Positions 45,504 through 55,906 of a stretch of DNA of 64,000 nucleotides are shown here, piece by piece. How positions within the stretch are numbered: the stretch's first letter is position 1; each line of letters starts with the position of its first letter. The stretch comes from Escherichia coli (GTDB lineage Bacteria; Pseudomonadota; Gammaproteobacteria; Enterobacterales; Enterobacteriaceae). The translations under genes and the position numbers were made by a program. The notes below the pieces were generated by a model that worked only from the letters and a program-made list of their open reading frames with translations, was not told where the DNA came from and ran no database searches. The stretch is from NCBI RefSeq assembly GCF_003018115.1, contig NZ_CP027457.1; one strand, given 5' to 3'.

Positions 45504-46928
45504 ATGCAACATAAGTTACTGATTAACGGAGAACTGGTTAGCGGCGAAGGGGAAAAACAGCCTGTCTATAATCCGGCAACGGGGGACGTTTTACTGGAGA
45601 TTGCCGAGGCATCCGCAGAGCAGGTCGATGCTGCTGTGCGCGCGGCAGATGCAGCATTTGCCGAATGGGGGCAAACCACGCCGAAAGTGCGTGCGGAATG
45701 TCTGCTGAAACTGGCTGATGTTATCGAAGAAAATGGTCAGGTTTTTGCCGAACTGGAGTCCCGTAATTGTGGCAAACCGCTGCATAGTGCGTTCAATGAT
45801 GAAATCCCGGCGATTGTCGATGTTTTTCGCTTTTTCGCGGGTGCGGCGCGCTGTCTGAATGGTCTGGCGGCAGGTGAATATCTTGAAGGTCATACTTCGA
45901 TGATCCGTCGCGATCCGTTGGGGGTCGTGGCTTCTATCGCACCGTGGAATTATCCGCTGATGATGGCAGCGTGGAAACTGGCTCCGGCGCTGGCGGCAGG
46001 GAACTGCGTAGTGCTTAAACCATCAGAAATTACCCCGCTGACCGCGTTGAAGTTGGCGGAGCTGGCGAAAGATATCTTCCCGGCAGGCGTGATTAACGTA
46101 CTGTTTGGCAGAGGCAAAACGGTGGGCGATCCGCTGACCGGACATCCTAAAGTGCGGATGGTGTCGCTGACGGGCTCTATCGCCACCGGCGAGCACATCA
46201 TCAGCCATACCGCGCCCTCCATTAAGCGTACTCATATGGAACTTGGTGGCAAAGCGCCAGTGATTGTTTTTGATGATGCGGATATTGAAGCAGTGGTCGA
46301 AGGTGTACGTACATTTGGCTATTACAATGCCGGACAGGATTGTACTGCGGCTTGTCGGATCTACGCGCAAAAAGGCATTTACGATACGCTGGTGGAAAAA
46401 CTGGGTGCTGCGGTGGCAACGTTAAAATCTGGTGCGCCGGATGACGAGTCTACGGAGCTTGGACCTTTAAGCTCGCTGGCGCATCTCGAACGCGTCAGCA
46501 AGGCAGTAGAAGAGGCGAAAGCGACAGGGCATATCAAAGTGATCACCGGTGGTGAAAAGCGCAAGGGTAATGGCTATTACTATGCGCCGACGCTGCTGGC
46601 TGGCGCATTACAGGACGATGCCATCGTGCAAAAAGAGGTATTTGGTCCAGTAGTGAGTGTTACGCCCTTCGACAACGAAGAACAGGTGGTGAACTGGGCG
46701 AATGACAGCCAGTACGGACTTGCATCTTCGGTATGGACGAAAGATGTGGGCAGGGCGCATCGCGTCAGCGCACGGCTGCAATATGGTTGTACCTGGGTCA
46801 ATACCCATTTTATGCTGGTGAGTGAAATGCCGCACGGTGGGCAGAAACTTTCTGGTTACGGCAAGGATATGTCACTTTATGGGCTGGAGGATTACACCGT
46901 CGTCCGCCACGTCATGGTTAAACATTAA
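45504..46928 (+). CDS. patD: gamma-aminobutyraldehyde dehydrogenase
   Basis: 474-aa aldehyde dehydrogenase (ELGGKAP, catalytic Cys in GQDCTAACR). Confidence 0.9.
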   Translation: MQHKLLINGELVSGEGEKQPVYNPATGDVLLEIAEASAEQVDAAVRAADAAFAEWGQTTPKVRAECLLKLADVIEENGQVFAELESRNCGKPLHSAFNDEIPAIVDVFRFFAGAARCLNGLAAGEYLEGHTSMIRRDPLGVVASIAPWNYPLMMAAWKLAPALAAGNCVVLKPSEITPLTALKLAELAKDIFPAGVINVLFGRGKTVGDPLTGHPKVRMVSLTGSIATGEHIISHTAPSIKRTHMELGGKAPVIVFDDADIEAVVEGVRTFGYYNAGQDCTAACRIYAQKGIYDTLVEKLGAAVATLKSGAPDDESTELGPLSSLAHLERVSKAVEEAKATGHIKVITGGEKRKGNGYYYAPTLLAGALQDDAIVQKEVFGPVVSVTPFDNEEQVVNWANDSQYGLASSVWTKDVGRAHRVSARLQYGCTWVNTHFMLVSEMPHGGQKLSGYGKDMSLYGLEDYTVVRHVMVKH

Positions 46929-46967
46929 GGATAATATTGCAGATCGTAAGAGTATGAGATGATCTTG

Positions 46968-47002
46968 CGTACTGTCAGAGCACTGATTTCTCTGACAGTA
47001 CG
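46968..47002. terminator. 12-bp perfect-stem hairpin between convergent patD and yncL (CGTACTGTCAGA ... TCTGACAGTACG)
   Basis: Read from sequence; lacks a clear U-tract, so function as terminator is tentative. Confidence 0.35.
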
Positions 47003-47024
47003 TGCTGCGTGCAAAATCACTACA

Positions 47025-47120
47025 TCAAATAAACCAGCCAAATCTCATAGAGATAAGAGTAAACAAACCAACAGCAGCAAAGACATTTATCAGTACTACA
47101 GTTCTACTGGAAACATTCAT
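47025..47120 (-). CDS. yncL: small single-TM membrane protein (31 aa)
   Basis: Minus strand reads MNVSSRTVVLINVFAAVGLFTLISMRFGWFI with AGGTGG RBS; below the ORF-track cutoff. Confidence 0.65.
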   Translation of the reverse strand: MNVSSRTVVLINVFAAVGLFTLISMRFGWFI

Positions 47121-47314
47121 TTTTGCCACCTTTTATCATTGCCCCTATGTGTATAGTACGGGTTAAGAAAATCCGCAATAATACTCATTCTGAAGATGGA
47201 TAAGGGCAAGTTGCTGTTTGATGATTTTTTCTCAAACCGGTGAAAAAACTTGATGCACGTCAAAAAATGACGCATATTTGCGCGCGTTTTATTCATCTGG
47301 CTGGACGCCCGTAC

Positions 47315-47488
47315 ATGTCTCTCTATCAACATATGCTTGTTTTTTATGCGGTTATGGCAGCAATCGCATTTCTTATCACCTGGTTTCTTTCTCACGATAA
47401 GAAACGCATCCGTTTCTTAAGCGCCTTTCTGGTGGGGGCAACATGGCCGATGAGTTTCCCGGTGGCGCTGTTGTTTTCACTGTTTTAA
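47315..47488 (+). CDS. ortT: orphan toxin OrtT (TisB-like membrane peptide)
   Basis: 57 aa MSLYQHMLVFYAVMAAIAFLITWFLSHDKKRIRFLSAFLVGATWPMSFPVALLFSLF; hydrophobic. Confidence 0.75.
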   Translation: MSLYQHMLVFYAVMAAIAFLITWFLSHDKKRIRFLSAFLVGATWPMSFPVALLFSLF

Positions 47489-47573
47489 ATCTTACTCACT
47501 GGCTTGACGGCACCACGCAGACTTATATCATTTGGATGAATCGATAAATTTCACAAGTGGCTAAGGAGAAAGT

Positions 47574-47807
47574 ATGTCGCATCTGGATGAAGTCATCGCG
47601 CGCGTGGATGCCGCGATTGAAGAGAGCGTCATTGCCCATATGAACGAATTATTAATCGCCCTGAGCGATGACGCGGAGTTAAGTCGGGAAGATCGCTACA
47701 CCCAGCAGCAGCGTTTGCGCACCGCTATTGCTCATCACGGTCGCAAGCATAAAGAAGATATGGAAGCGCGCCATGAACAGTTAACCAAAGGCGGCACCAT
47801 CCTGTGA
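47574..47807 (+). CDS. ydcY: small conserved protein of unknown function
   Basis: 77-aa ORF with AAGGAG RBS. Confidence 0.7.
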   Translation: MSHLDEVIARVDAAIEESVIAHMNELLIALSDDAELSREDRYTQQQRLRTAIAHHGRKHKEDMEARHEQLTKGGTIL

Positions 47808-48257
47808 TTAAAATGAGCGTCTGGCTACCAACCAGGCGCCAACCACAAGTAAAATTGCGCCACAAATTGGGCCGAACAACGCCCGTAGTGGTACGCCATG
47901 ACTGCGGAAGATATCCAGAACCAGACCGCCAATCAGCTGGCTGGCGACCAGTACTGCAATAGTTGTCGCCGCTCCCACATTCTGATATCCGCTGATACTG
48001 GCGAAGACAAAAAACGATCCCAGCAAGCCAGGTATAAGTGTCCACCAGCGCACGCTGGACACCAGTTCGCCAAACCCCGCCATACCTTGTTTAAACCATA
48101 AAATAGAAACAAAGAGCACAATCCCCACCAGTGAGTTCAGCAACATGGCGATGAGAATGGTAGAGGAGGTCTGGGTGATGCGCACCATCAGCGTGTTCTG
48201 GACTACCAGACCAATTCCGGCGGCAATCAAAAAGGCAAGGGTGAGCGACTGATTCAT
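47808..48257 (-). CDS. ydcZ: DMT-superfamily inner membrane protein
   Basis: 149-aa polytopic ORF; 4-nt overlap with mnaT upstream suggests an operon. Confidence 0.8.
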   Translation of the reverse strand: MNQSLTLAFLIAAGIGLVVQNTLMVRITQTSSTILIAMLLNSLVGIVLFVSILWFKQGMAGFGELVSSVRWWTLIPGLLGSFFVFASISGYQNVGAATTIAVLVASQLIGGLVLDIFRSHGVPLRALFGPICGAILLVVGAWLVARRSF

Positions 48258-48772
48258 CCAATCGCGTCCGGTTCAGTGCGTTCGTCGAGTTGCAACTGCA
48301 TAAATGTCAGATCCAGCCAGCGCCCAAATTTAGTGCCCACCTGCGGCATTTGTGCGGTGACGACAAATCCCAGCGACTGGTGCAGATGCAGCGAGGCCTG
48401 ATTTTGCGATTCGATCCCGGCGACCATGACATGCTTCCCGCAATCCCGCGCTTCATCAATCAATCGGCTTAACAATTTACGCCCCAGACCTTTGCCCTGA
48501 TGATCGGGATGGACATAAACCGAATGTTCCACGGTATGGCGAAAACCATCGAAACTACGCCAGTCGCCAAATGAGGCATATCCCGTCACTACGCCATCTT
48601 CTTCACTTACCAGCACCGGATAACCTGCTATGGTCCGCGCTTCAAACCAGGCAATGCGGTTATCTGCATCAACCGTTTGGTCATTCCAGATAGCCGCCGT
48701 ATACAACACGGCGTGGTTATAAATTTCCGCAATGGCAGCACAATCGGCTTTGCGGGCAAAACGGATGGACAT
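48254..48772 (-). CDS. mnaT: GNAT L-amino-acid N-acyltransferase
   Basis: Internal ATG giving MSIRFARKADCAAIAEIYNHAVLYTAAIW..., 172 aa; GNAT motif (QGKGLGRKLL). Confidence 0.8.
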   Translation of the reverse strand: MSIRFARKADCAAIAEIYNHAVLYTAAIWNDQTVDADNRIAWFEARTIAGYPVLVSEEDGVVTGYASFGDWRSFDGFRHTVEHSVYVHPDHQGKGLGRKLLSRLIDEARDCGKHVMVAGIESQNQASLHLHQSLGFVVTAQMPQVGTKFGRWLDLTFMQLQLDERTEPDAIG

Positions 48773-48952
48773 GTCTGGCCTCGATAAAATAATGATGATG
48801 ATGTTATCAATACTATCGAAAACAGCCCGAAGCAACGGATTCCTCGATGAAATTATTGCGTGTTGCAGAGGGGATGTGACGGCTGCAAACAAAACCAATC
48901 CCGTGAGCCTGCTACTATTGATGGATTCATGCCAAAAGCACAGGAGAGCATT

Positions 48953-49990
48953 ATGGGGCAACAAAAGCAGCGTAATCGACGTTGGGTTCTGGCCTCGCGT
49001 CCACATGGCGCACCGGTTCCGGAGAATTTCCGTCTTGAAGAAGATGATGTCGCCACACCGGGTGAAGGACAGGTGTTACTGCGCACAGTTTATTTGTCCC
49101 TGGACCCGTATATGCGTGGACGTATGAGCGATGAGCCATCTTATTCACCGCCTGTTGATATTGGCGGCGTGATGGTCGGCGGCACGGTGAGCCGTGTTGT
49201 GGAGTCGAATCATCCTGATTATCAGCCTGGCGACTGGGTGCTGGGCTACAGTGGATGGCAGGACTATGACATATCCAGTGGTGATGATCTGGTGAAACTT
49301 GGCGATCATCCGCAAAATCCATCGTGGTCGCTGGGTGTGCTGGGGATGCCAGGCTTTACCGCTTATATGGGGCTGCTGGATATCGGTCAGCCTAAAGAGG
49401 GCGAAACGTTGGTGGTAGCTGCGGCGACAGGTCCTGTGGGAGCAACGGTGGGGCAAATCGGCAAACTTAAAGGTTGCAGGGTGGTGGGGGTTGCCGGTGG
49501 CGCGGAAAAATGCCGCCATGCTATCGAGGTGCTGGGCTTCGATGTTTGTCTTGATCACCACGCGGATGATTTTGCCGAACAACTGGTGAAAGCGTGCCCA
49601 AAAGGTATTGATATCTATTATGAAAACGTGGGCGGTAAGGTATTTGATGCAGTGCTACCATTACTTAATACATCTGCGCGCATTCCCGTTTGTGGCTTAG
49701 TGAGCAGCTATAACGCTACAGAGCTACCACCCGGTCCGGATCGTTTACCCCTGTTGATGGCAACGGTGCTGAAAAAACGTATTCGCTTGCAAGGGTTTAT
49801 TATCGCTCAGGATTATGGTCACCGCATCCATGAGTTTCAGAAGGAGATGGGGCAATGGGTGAAAGAGGATAAAATCCACTACCACGAAGATATTACTGAT
49901 GGTTTAGAGAATGCGCCACAGACGTTTATCGGCCTGCTGAAGGGTAAAAACTTCGGCAAAGTGGTGATCCGCGTCGCGGGTGATGATTAA
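48953..49990 (+). CDS. curA: NADPH-dependent curcumin/enone reductase (MDR superfamily)
   Basis: Internal ATG giving MGQQKQRNRRWVLASRPHGAPVPENF..., 345 aa. Confidence 0.85.
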   Translation: MGQQKQRNRRWVLASRPHGAPVPENFRLEEDDVATPGEGQVLLRTVYLSLDPYMRGRMSDEPSYSPPVDIGGVMVGGTVSRVVESNHPDYQPGDWVLGYSGWQDYDISSGDDLVKLGDHPQNPSWSLGVLGMPGFTAYMGLLDIGQPKEGETLVVAAATGPVGATVGQIGKLKGCRVVGVAGGAEKCRHAIEVLGFDVCLDHHADDFAEQLVKACPKGIDIYYENVGGKVFDAVLPLLNTSARIPVCGLVSSYNATELPPGPDRLPLLMATVLKKRIRLQGFIIAQDYGHRIHEFQKEMGQWVKEDKIHYHEDITDGLENAPQTFIGLLKGKNFGKVVIRVAGDD

Positions 49991-50187
49991 AGTTTCAACG
50001 GCGGCGTAAGCCGCCATAAAAATCCAGGCAAAAAGCTTATTTTCAGCTTTAATTAACTAACCACGTCATTGTTCTGCTGCTAATAACAACAAAGGTGGGT
50101 GGTTTATGATTATTCACTTTAATACACCAGGTGAACTCCTTCTGCCGTGCAGGCAGGGTTGGACAGAAAACACGCGAAGGAATTAAA

Positions 50188-50853
50188 ATGCCTGGAATGG
50201 GAAAAATGAAACATGTCAGTTTGACTCTGCAGGTTGAGAACGACCTGAAACATCAGCTTAGTATTGGCGCATTAAAACCTGGCGCACGCCTGATTACTAA
50301 AAATCTGGCGGAGCAATTAGGTATGAGTATTACACCTGTGCGTGAAGCATTATTACGTCTGGTTTCGGTGAATGCGCTTTCTGTCGCACCTGCACAAGCA
50401 TTTACAGTTCCGGAAGTGGGGAAACGTCAATTAGACGAAATCAATCGGATCCGCTACGAACTGGAATTAATGGCAGTTGCTCTGACTGTTGAAAACCTCA
50501 CCCCGCAAGACCTGGCGGAACTCCAGGAATTGCTCGAGAAATTACAGCAGGCGCAAGAAAAGGGCGACATGGAACAAATCATTAATGTAAACAGGCTATT
50601 TCGCTTAGCGATTTATCATCGCTCAAATATGCCCATCCTGTGTGAGATGATTGAGCAACTGTGGGTCAGGATGGGGCCTGGTTTACATTATCTCTATGAA
50701 GCGATTAATCCAGCGGAATTACGGGAGCATATAGAAAACTATCATCTGTTACTCGCTGCGTTAAAAGCAAAAGACAAAGAGGGATGCAGACATTGTCTTG
50801 CTGAAATTATGCAACAAAATATTGCTATTTTATACCAGCAATACAATCGTTAA
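50188..50853 (+). CDS. mcbR: GntR/FadR-family transcriptional regulator
   Basis: Internal ATG giving MPGMGKMKHVSL..., 221 aa; N-terminal wHTH. Confidence 0.8.
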   Translation: MPGMGKMKHVSLTLQVENDLKHQLSIGALKPGARLITKNLAEQLGMSITPVREALLRLVSVNALSVAPAQAFTVPEVGKRQLDEINRIRYELELMAVALTVENLTPQDLAELQELLEKLQQAQEKGDMEQIINVNRLFRLAIYHRSNMPILCEMIEQLWVRMGPGLHYLYEAINPAELREHIENYHLLLAALKAKDKEGCRHCLAEIMQQNIAILYQQYNR

Positions 50854-50858
50854 AGTAA

Positions 50859-50880
50859 ATGCCCGGCAAATACCGGGCAT
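50859..50880. terminator. hairpin between convergent mcbR and yncD (GCCCGG-CAAATA-CCGGGC), U-tract on the yncD side
   Basis: Read from sequence. Confidence 0.45.
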
Positions 50881-50888
50881 CAAGGTAA

Positions 50889-52991
50889 TTACTCAAATCT
50901 CCACGCAATATTCATGCCGACACCATAATTTCGTCCGGGCGAAGGTTCGTAATATCGCCCGTTTGACTCATTGACAATGACAGAACCAACGTATTCTTTA
51001 TCGAATAAATTATCGACACGACCAAATAAATCCACAGTTAAATTGTGGTAATTGTATTTATACCCGGTGAATAAGCCGACGAGAGTATAAGACGGCGCTT
51101 TTGCCGTATTTTCATCATCTGCCATAATATCGCCCATATAACGCGCTTCCGTGCCTGCATACCAACCATCTTCCGGTACATAACCTATCGACGCAAAGCC
51201 CATATTACGGGCGATCCCTGGCATCCGATTACCGTTACAATCCTGTTCATTGCAAACATTGCTGCGATAGGTCGCATCAAGCCAGGTCCAGGACGCGTTT
51301 ACGCGAAAATCTCCTGCGAAACGTTGATCCCATGCCAGTTCAGCGCCTTGACGACGGGTCTTTCCGGCATTTTTGTAAGTCGTACGCCCACCGCTACTGC
51401 TATCGACAACAATTTCATCATCAGTGTCGGTCTGAAACAATGCGAGACTAAGCAGCCCATCACCAATACGCGTTTTACTGCCGATCTCAATTGTATCGTT
51501 GGTGGATGGTTTTAAACCAAAGTTCATACCGCTTTGCCCATCAGCACGATAAGACAGCTCATTAATCGTCGGCGTTTCAAAACCTCGCCCGGCTGCCAGA
51601 TAGATATTCCAGGCATCGGTCATTGCATATTTTAACGAACCGGCAGGTAGCCATTTATGATAACTGGCATCACCGCTGTCATCGCCGTTACCCGGAGTAA
51701 CGTAATGGTCGTTGGAATCAAACCACACGGAGCTGTAGCGCACGCCAGCATCCAGCGACAGTTTTTCGCTCAGCTGCCACTGCGTCTGTAAATAGGGATC
51801 GATGTTCCACATCAGATTGCGTTCGTCGCGACGCAACTCACCTTTTTGCCCGTACTCCGGCATGCCGCTATTCAGGCGGAAGTTATTGTAGCCCTTGCGG
51901 TTTTCACTCATGTTTTCGTAGTTCAGGCCGGTAGTGAACGTGACCGGAACGCCCAGTTCACCACGGTGTGTCCAGCGGCTGTCTATCCCCTGGTAATGGC
52001 GTTGCAGGGTAATCACGCCGCCCGCATGTGACGGGTTAAGTTGTGGTGCCATGGGTATTGACTGGTACTGGGTCGTTTCTCGCTCTCCGGCATACATCAT
52101 CACACTCATATCATCTTGCGCGCTCAGGCTACGTTCATAGCGCAACCCAGCCTGAGTTTGCTTGATGGTTTTTCGCGTGTCGTACTGTTCAGCGCGTGGC
52201 GCGTGTTGCGGATTCGCCTTCCATTCTGCTTCGGTTAGCCCACCTGGGTCATCTGCTTTGATATCCACGCTATTGAAAATCAGGCTTACTTTGCTGGCGT
52301 CATCAATGCGTACGCCCAGTTTGGCATTGGCTAAATTTTTCTGTGCGCCGCTATGGTCACGATAGCCGTGGGTCGTAAAACGCGTGGTTGAGACGGTGTA
52401 ATCGACATCGCCGGGCTGTGTGCCGTCGCCCGTTGCACCCGTTGCTTTGAGCCCATAGCGCCAGCTGCCAAAACTGCCGTAGTAACTGCTGGCTTCAATG
52501 GTTGGTGGCTGTTGCCCGGTCTGGGTGGTGACATTCATTACACCGCCAGACGCGTTGCCATACAGGGCAGAGAAGGGGCCACGCAGCACTTCCACATTTT
52601 GCACACTGCTTAAATCGATGTTGGATGTTTGCCCTTGCCCGTCGGGCATGGTAGCGGGAATACCGTCCACATACAGGCGAATACCGCGAATTCCGTAAGT
52701 GGAGCGGGAGCCAAATCCGCGAATCGACAGCTGTAAATCTTGCGCATAGTTCTGCCGATTTTGTACCTGCAAACCAGGCACGCTGGTCAGTGATTCGGAC
52801 AAGTTAATGCGCGGTGTTGCCAGGCGCATCTCCTCGCCATCCACCACGCTTACTGCTGCTGGGGTATCCAGTTCTGAAACCACCTGCGGTGCGGCACTGA
52901 CAATCATGGTCTGTTCATCAGCGGCAAAAACAACGGGGGAAAGGGCAAGTAGTGCGGGCAAAACGGTCTGTCGGACGGAAAAAATCTTCAT
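50889..52991 (-). CDS. yncD: TonB-dependent outer-membrane receptor
   Basis: 700-aa ORF; signal peptide, plug, C-terminal beta-barrel ending ...NIAWRFE (terminal aromatic). Confidence 0.9.
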   Translation of the reverse strand: MKIFSVRQTVLPALLALSPVVFAADEQTMIVSAAPQVVSELDTPAAVSVVDGEEMRLATPRINLSESLTSVPGLQVQNRQNYAQDLQLSIRGFGSRSTYGIRGIRLYVDGIPATMPDGQGQTSNIDLSSVQNVEVLRGPFSALYGNASGGVMNVTTQTGQQPPTIEASSYYGSFGSWRYGLKATGATGDGTQPGDVDYTVSTTRFTTHGYRDHSGAQKNLANAKLGVRIDDASKVSLIFNSVDIKADDPGGLTEAEWKANPQHAPRAEQYDTRKTIKQTQAGLRYERSLSAQDDMSVMMYAGERETTQYQSIPMAPQLNPSHAGGVITLQRHYQGIDSRWTHRGELGVPVTFTTGLNYENMSENRKGYNNFRLNSGMPEYGQKGELRRDERNLMWNIDPYLQTQWQLSEKLSLDAGVRYSSVWFDSNDHYVTPGNGDDSGDASYHKWLPAGSLKYAMTDAWNIYLAAGRGFETPTINELSYRADGQSGMNFGLKPSTNDTIEIGSKTRIGDGLLSLALFQTDTDDEIVVDSSSGGRTTYKNAGKTRRQGAELAWDQRFAGDFRVNASWTWLDATYRSNVCNEQDCNGNRMPGIARNMGFASIGYVPEDGWYAGTEARYMGDIMADDENTAKAPSYTLVGLFTGYKYNYHNLTVDLFGRVDNLFDKEYVGSVIVNESNGRYYEPSPGRNYGVGMNIAWRFE

Positions 52992-53127
52992 GAAAAAAGC
53001 CAGGTTAAGAATGGGAAAACGCCGTTATGGTAATGAAATTGTAAATTTATGGAAAACGAAACGGCACGATACGTTAAGTAATTGAGAAAATTGTAGTCGT
53101 AACGGCAAGAAATGCTCCACATTTGAG

Positions 53128-53146
53128 AAAATAATGATTACCATTC
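53128..53146 (+). promoter_or_regulatory. Fur-box-like site (AAAATAATGATTACCATTC) in the yncD-yncE divergent intergenic region
   Basis: About 15 of 19 matches to GATAATGATAATCATTATC; adjacent to a TonB-dependent receptor gene. Confidence 0.35.
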
Positions 53147-53232
53147 CCATTTATAACAAGAGCGTAACGATGATTACGCTTAGCGAAGCATTGTGAAGCA
53201 GCAAAAATATCGGTTCATCAAAGGGAGTCGTC

Positions 53233-54294
53233 ATGCATTTACGTCATCTGTTTTCATCGCGCCTGCGTGGTTCATTACTGTTAGGTTCATTGCTTGTTGC
53301 TTCATCATTCAGTACGCAGGCCGCAGAAGAAATGCTGCGTAAAGCGGTAGGTAAAGGTGCCTACGAAATGGCTTATAGCCAGCAAGAAAACGCACTGTGG
53401 CTCGCCACTTCGCAAAGCCGCAAACTGGATAAAGGTGGCGTGGTTTATCGTCTTGATCCGGTCACTCTGGAAGTGACGCAGGCGATCCATAACGATCTCA
53501 AGCCGTTTGGTGCCACCATCAATAACACGACTCAGACGTTGTGGTTTGGTAACACCGTAAACAGCGCGGTCACGGCGATAGATGCCAAAACGGGCGAAGT
53601 GAAAGGCCGTCTGGTGCTGGATGATCGTAAGCGCACGGAAGAGGTGCGCCCGCTGCAACCGCGTGAGCTGGTAGCTGATGATGCCACGAACACCGTTTAC
53701 ATCAGTGGTATTGGTAAAGAGAGCGTGATTTGGGTCGTTGATGGCGAGAATATCAAACTGAAAACCGCCATCCAGAACACCGGTAAAATGAGTACCGGTC
53801 TGGCGCTGGATAGCAAAGGCAAACGTCTTTACACCACTAACGCTGACGGCGAATTGATTACCATCGACACCGCCGACAATAAAATCCTCAGCCGTAAAAA
53901 GCTGCTGGATGACGGCAAAGAGCACTTCTTTATCAACATTAGCCTTGATACCGCCAGGCAGCGTGCATTTATCACCGATTCTAAAGCCGCAGAAGTGTTA
54001 GTGGTCGATACCCGTAATGGCAATATTCTGGCGAAGGTTGCGGCACCGGAATCACTGGCTGTGCTGTTTAACCCAGCGCGTAATGAAGCCTACGTAACGC
54101 ATCGTCAGGCAGGTAAAGTCAGTGTGATTGACGCGAAAAGCTATAAAGTGGTGAAAACGTTCGATACGCCGACTCATCCGAACAGCCTGGCGCTGTCTGC
54201 CGATGGCAAAACGCTGTATGTCAGTGTAAAACAAAAATCCACTAAACAGCAGGAAGCTACCCAGCCGGACGATGTGATTCGTATTGCGCTGTAA
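53233..54294 (+). CDS. yncE: seven-bladed beta-propeller periplasmic protein (YncE family)
   Basis: 353-aa ORF with signal peptide. Confidence 0.85.
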   Translation: MHLRHLFSSRLRGSLLLGSLLVASSFSTQAAEEMLRKAVGKGAYEMAYSQQENALWLATSQSRKLDKGGVVYRLDPVTLEVTQAIHNDLKPFGATINNTTQTLWFGNTVNSAVTAIDAKTGEVKGRLVLDDRKRTEEVRPLQPRELVADDATNTVYISGIGKESVIWVVDGENIKLKTAIQNTGKMSTGLALDSKGKRLYTTNADGELITIDTADNKILSRKKLLDDGKEHFFINISLDTARQRAFITDSKAAEVLVVDTRNGNILAKVAAPESLAVLFNPARNEAYVTHRQAGKVSVIDAKSYKVVKTFDTPTHPNSLALSADGKTLYVSVKQKSTKQQEATQPDDVIRIAL

Positions 54295-54375
54295 TAGATT
54301 TGGCGAGGGTGAAAACGGAGAGACTTGCCTGACTTTTTTCACGCCGTATCCGGCACTTTCGTCAGTAATCTGAAT

Positions 54376-54403
54376 TTGCCCGGCACGTAGCCGGGCAATT
54401 TTG
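54376..54403. terminator. bidirectional terminator between yncE and ansP (TTGCCCGGC-ACGTA-GCCGGGCAA then TTTTG)
   Basis: 9-bp stem then T-tract. Confidence 0.5.
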
Positions 54404-54406
54404 CAA

Positions 54407-55906
54407 TTAACTCGCCGTTTCAGGCTTAAACACAATTTCCTGTTTTTCTTCATCTTCCTCGACGACTGGCGCAGTGCTGTGAATTTCGGCAACGCGTTTG
54501 CGCACACCAAACCAACCCACAACCAGCAGAAGGCCAATAATCGGCAGCGAAGCAATGGTATAAGTCCCGTTCGGGTAATCGAACGCCATCAGCACCAGTA
54601 CGCTCAGCAAAAACAATAACGTCAGCCAGGAAGTGAAGGGGGCACCGGGGAGTTTAAAACTGACATCTGCCGCTTTACCTTCTTTAATAGCCTTACGCAG
54701 ACGCATCTGGCAAACGATGATAAACGCCCATGAAGCGATGATTCCCAGCGACGCGAAGTTCAACACAATCTCAAATACGCGTGACGGCACCAGATAGTTG
54801 AGGAATACGCCGACGACATACACAACCAGTGTCGCCAGAATCCCGGCATACGGCACATGCTGACGGCTCATTTTCGCCATAAAACTCGGTGCGGAACCGC
54901 CCATCGCCATTGAGCGCAGAATACGCCCGGTGCAGTACAGGCCTGAGTTCAGGCTGGAGAGTGCAGCGGTCAGCACCACAATATTCATAATGCTGCCGAT
55001 ATACGGCACGCCAAGTTTAGAGAAGAAAGTCACAAAAGGACTCTGCCCGGCCTGGTATGCATTCCACGGCAGCAATAGCACCAGCAGAACCACCGAACCC
55101 ACATAGAACAGACCGATACGCCAAATAACACTGTTGATCGCTTTCGGCACCATCGTCTGTGGATCTTTACATTCACCAGCCGCAGTACCTACCAGTTCAA
55201 TCGATGCAAAGGCAAAAACCACCCCCTGGATAAGCACCAGTGCAGGCAGCAGCCCGTGCGGGAAGAAACCGCCATTATCGGTAATTAAATGGAACCCTGT
55301 GGTATTACCATCCAGCGGCTGACCACTACCGAGGAACACCGTACCCACCACCAGGAAGATCACAATAGCGAGCACTTTAATGAGTGCAAACCAGAACTCC
55401 ATCTCTGCGAACCATTTCACACCGATCATGTTCATGGTGCCTACGATGGTCAGCGCAGCGAGCGCAAAGACCCACTGCGGCACGTCGCCAAACGCCCCCC
55501 AGTAATGCATATACAGCGCTACAGCGGTGATATCGACAATCCCCGTCATCGCCCAGTTGATGAAATACATCCAGCCAGCAACATAAGCGGCTTTCTCACC
55601 CAAAAACTCACGGGCATAAGAGACAAAACTGCCACTGGAAGGGCGGTGTAACACCAGCTCACCCAATGCACGTAGAATAAAAAATGAAAACAGGCCGCAG
55701 ATCAAATAGACCAGTGCCAGTGCGGGCCCCGCCATTTGCAGTCGGGCTCCTGCACCTAAAAACAAGCCGGTGCCAATCGCGCCGCCAATGGCGATCATCT
55801 GTACCTGGCGATTGCCCATCGCTTTGTGATACCCCTCTTCGTGGGCATTAAGCCAGCGGCGTTTCGCGGCGTGTTGATCTGAAGTGTCGGTGTCGTGTTT
55901 ACTCAT
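54407..55906 (-). CDS. ansP: L-asparagine permease (APC family)
   Basis: Internal ATG giving MSKHDTDTSDQHAAKRRWLNAHEEGYHKAMGNRQVQMIAIGGAIGTG..., 499 aa. Confidence 0.9.
   Translation of the reverse strand: MSKHDTDTSDQHAAKRRWLNAHEEGYHKAMGNRQVQMIAIGGAIGTGLFLGAGARLQMAGPALALVYLICGLFSFFILRALGELVLHRPSSGSFVSYAREFLGEKAAYVAGWMYFINWAMTGIVDITAVALYMHYWGAFGDVPQWVFALAALTIVGTMNMIGVKWFAEMEFWFALIKVLAIVIFLVVGTVFLGSGQPLDGNTTGFHLITDNGGFFPHGLLPALVLIQGVVFAFASIELVGTAAGECKDPQTMVPKAINSVIWRIGLFYVGSVVLLVLLLPWNAYQAGQSPFVTFFSKLGVPYIGSIMNIVVLTAALSSLNSGLYCTGRILRSMAMGGSAPSFMAKMSRQHVPYAGILATLVVYVVGVFLNYLVPSRVFEIVLNFASLGIIASWAFIIVCQMRLRKAIKEGKAADVSFKLPGAPFTSWLTLLFLLSVLVLMAFDYPNGTYTIASLPIIGLLLVVGWFGVRKRVAEIHSTAPVVEEDEEKQEIVFKPETAS

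Noticed and set aside
46959-47156. 65-aa plus-strand ORF
   Set aside because: Antisense to yncL, which has an RBS and a plausible TM peptide product.
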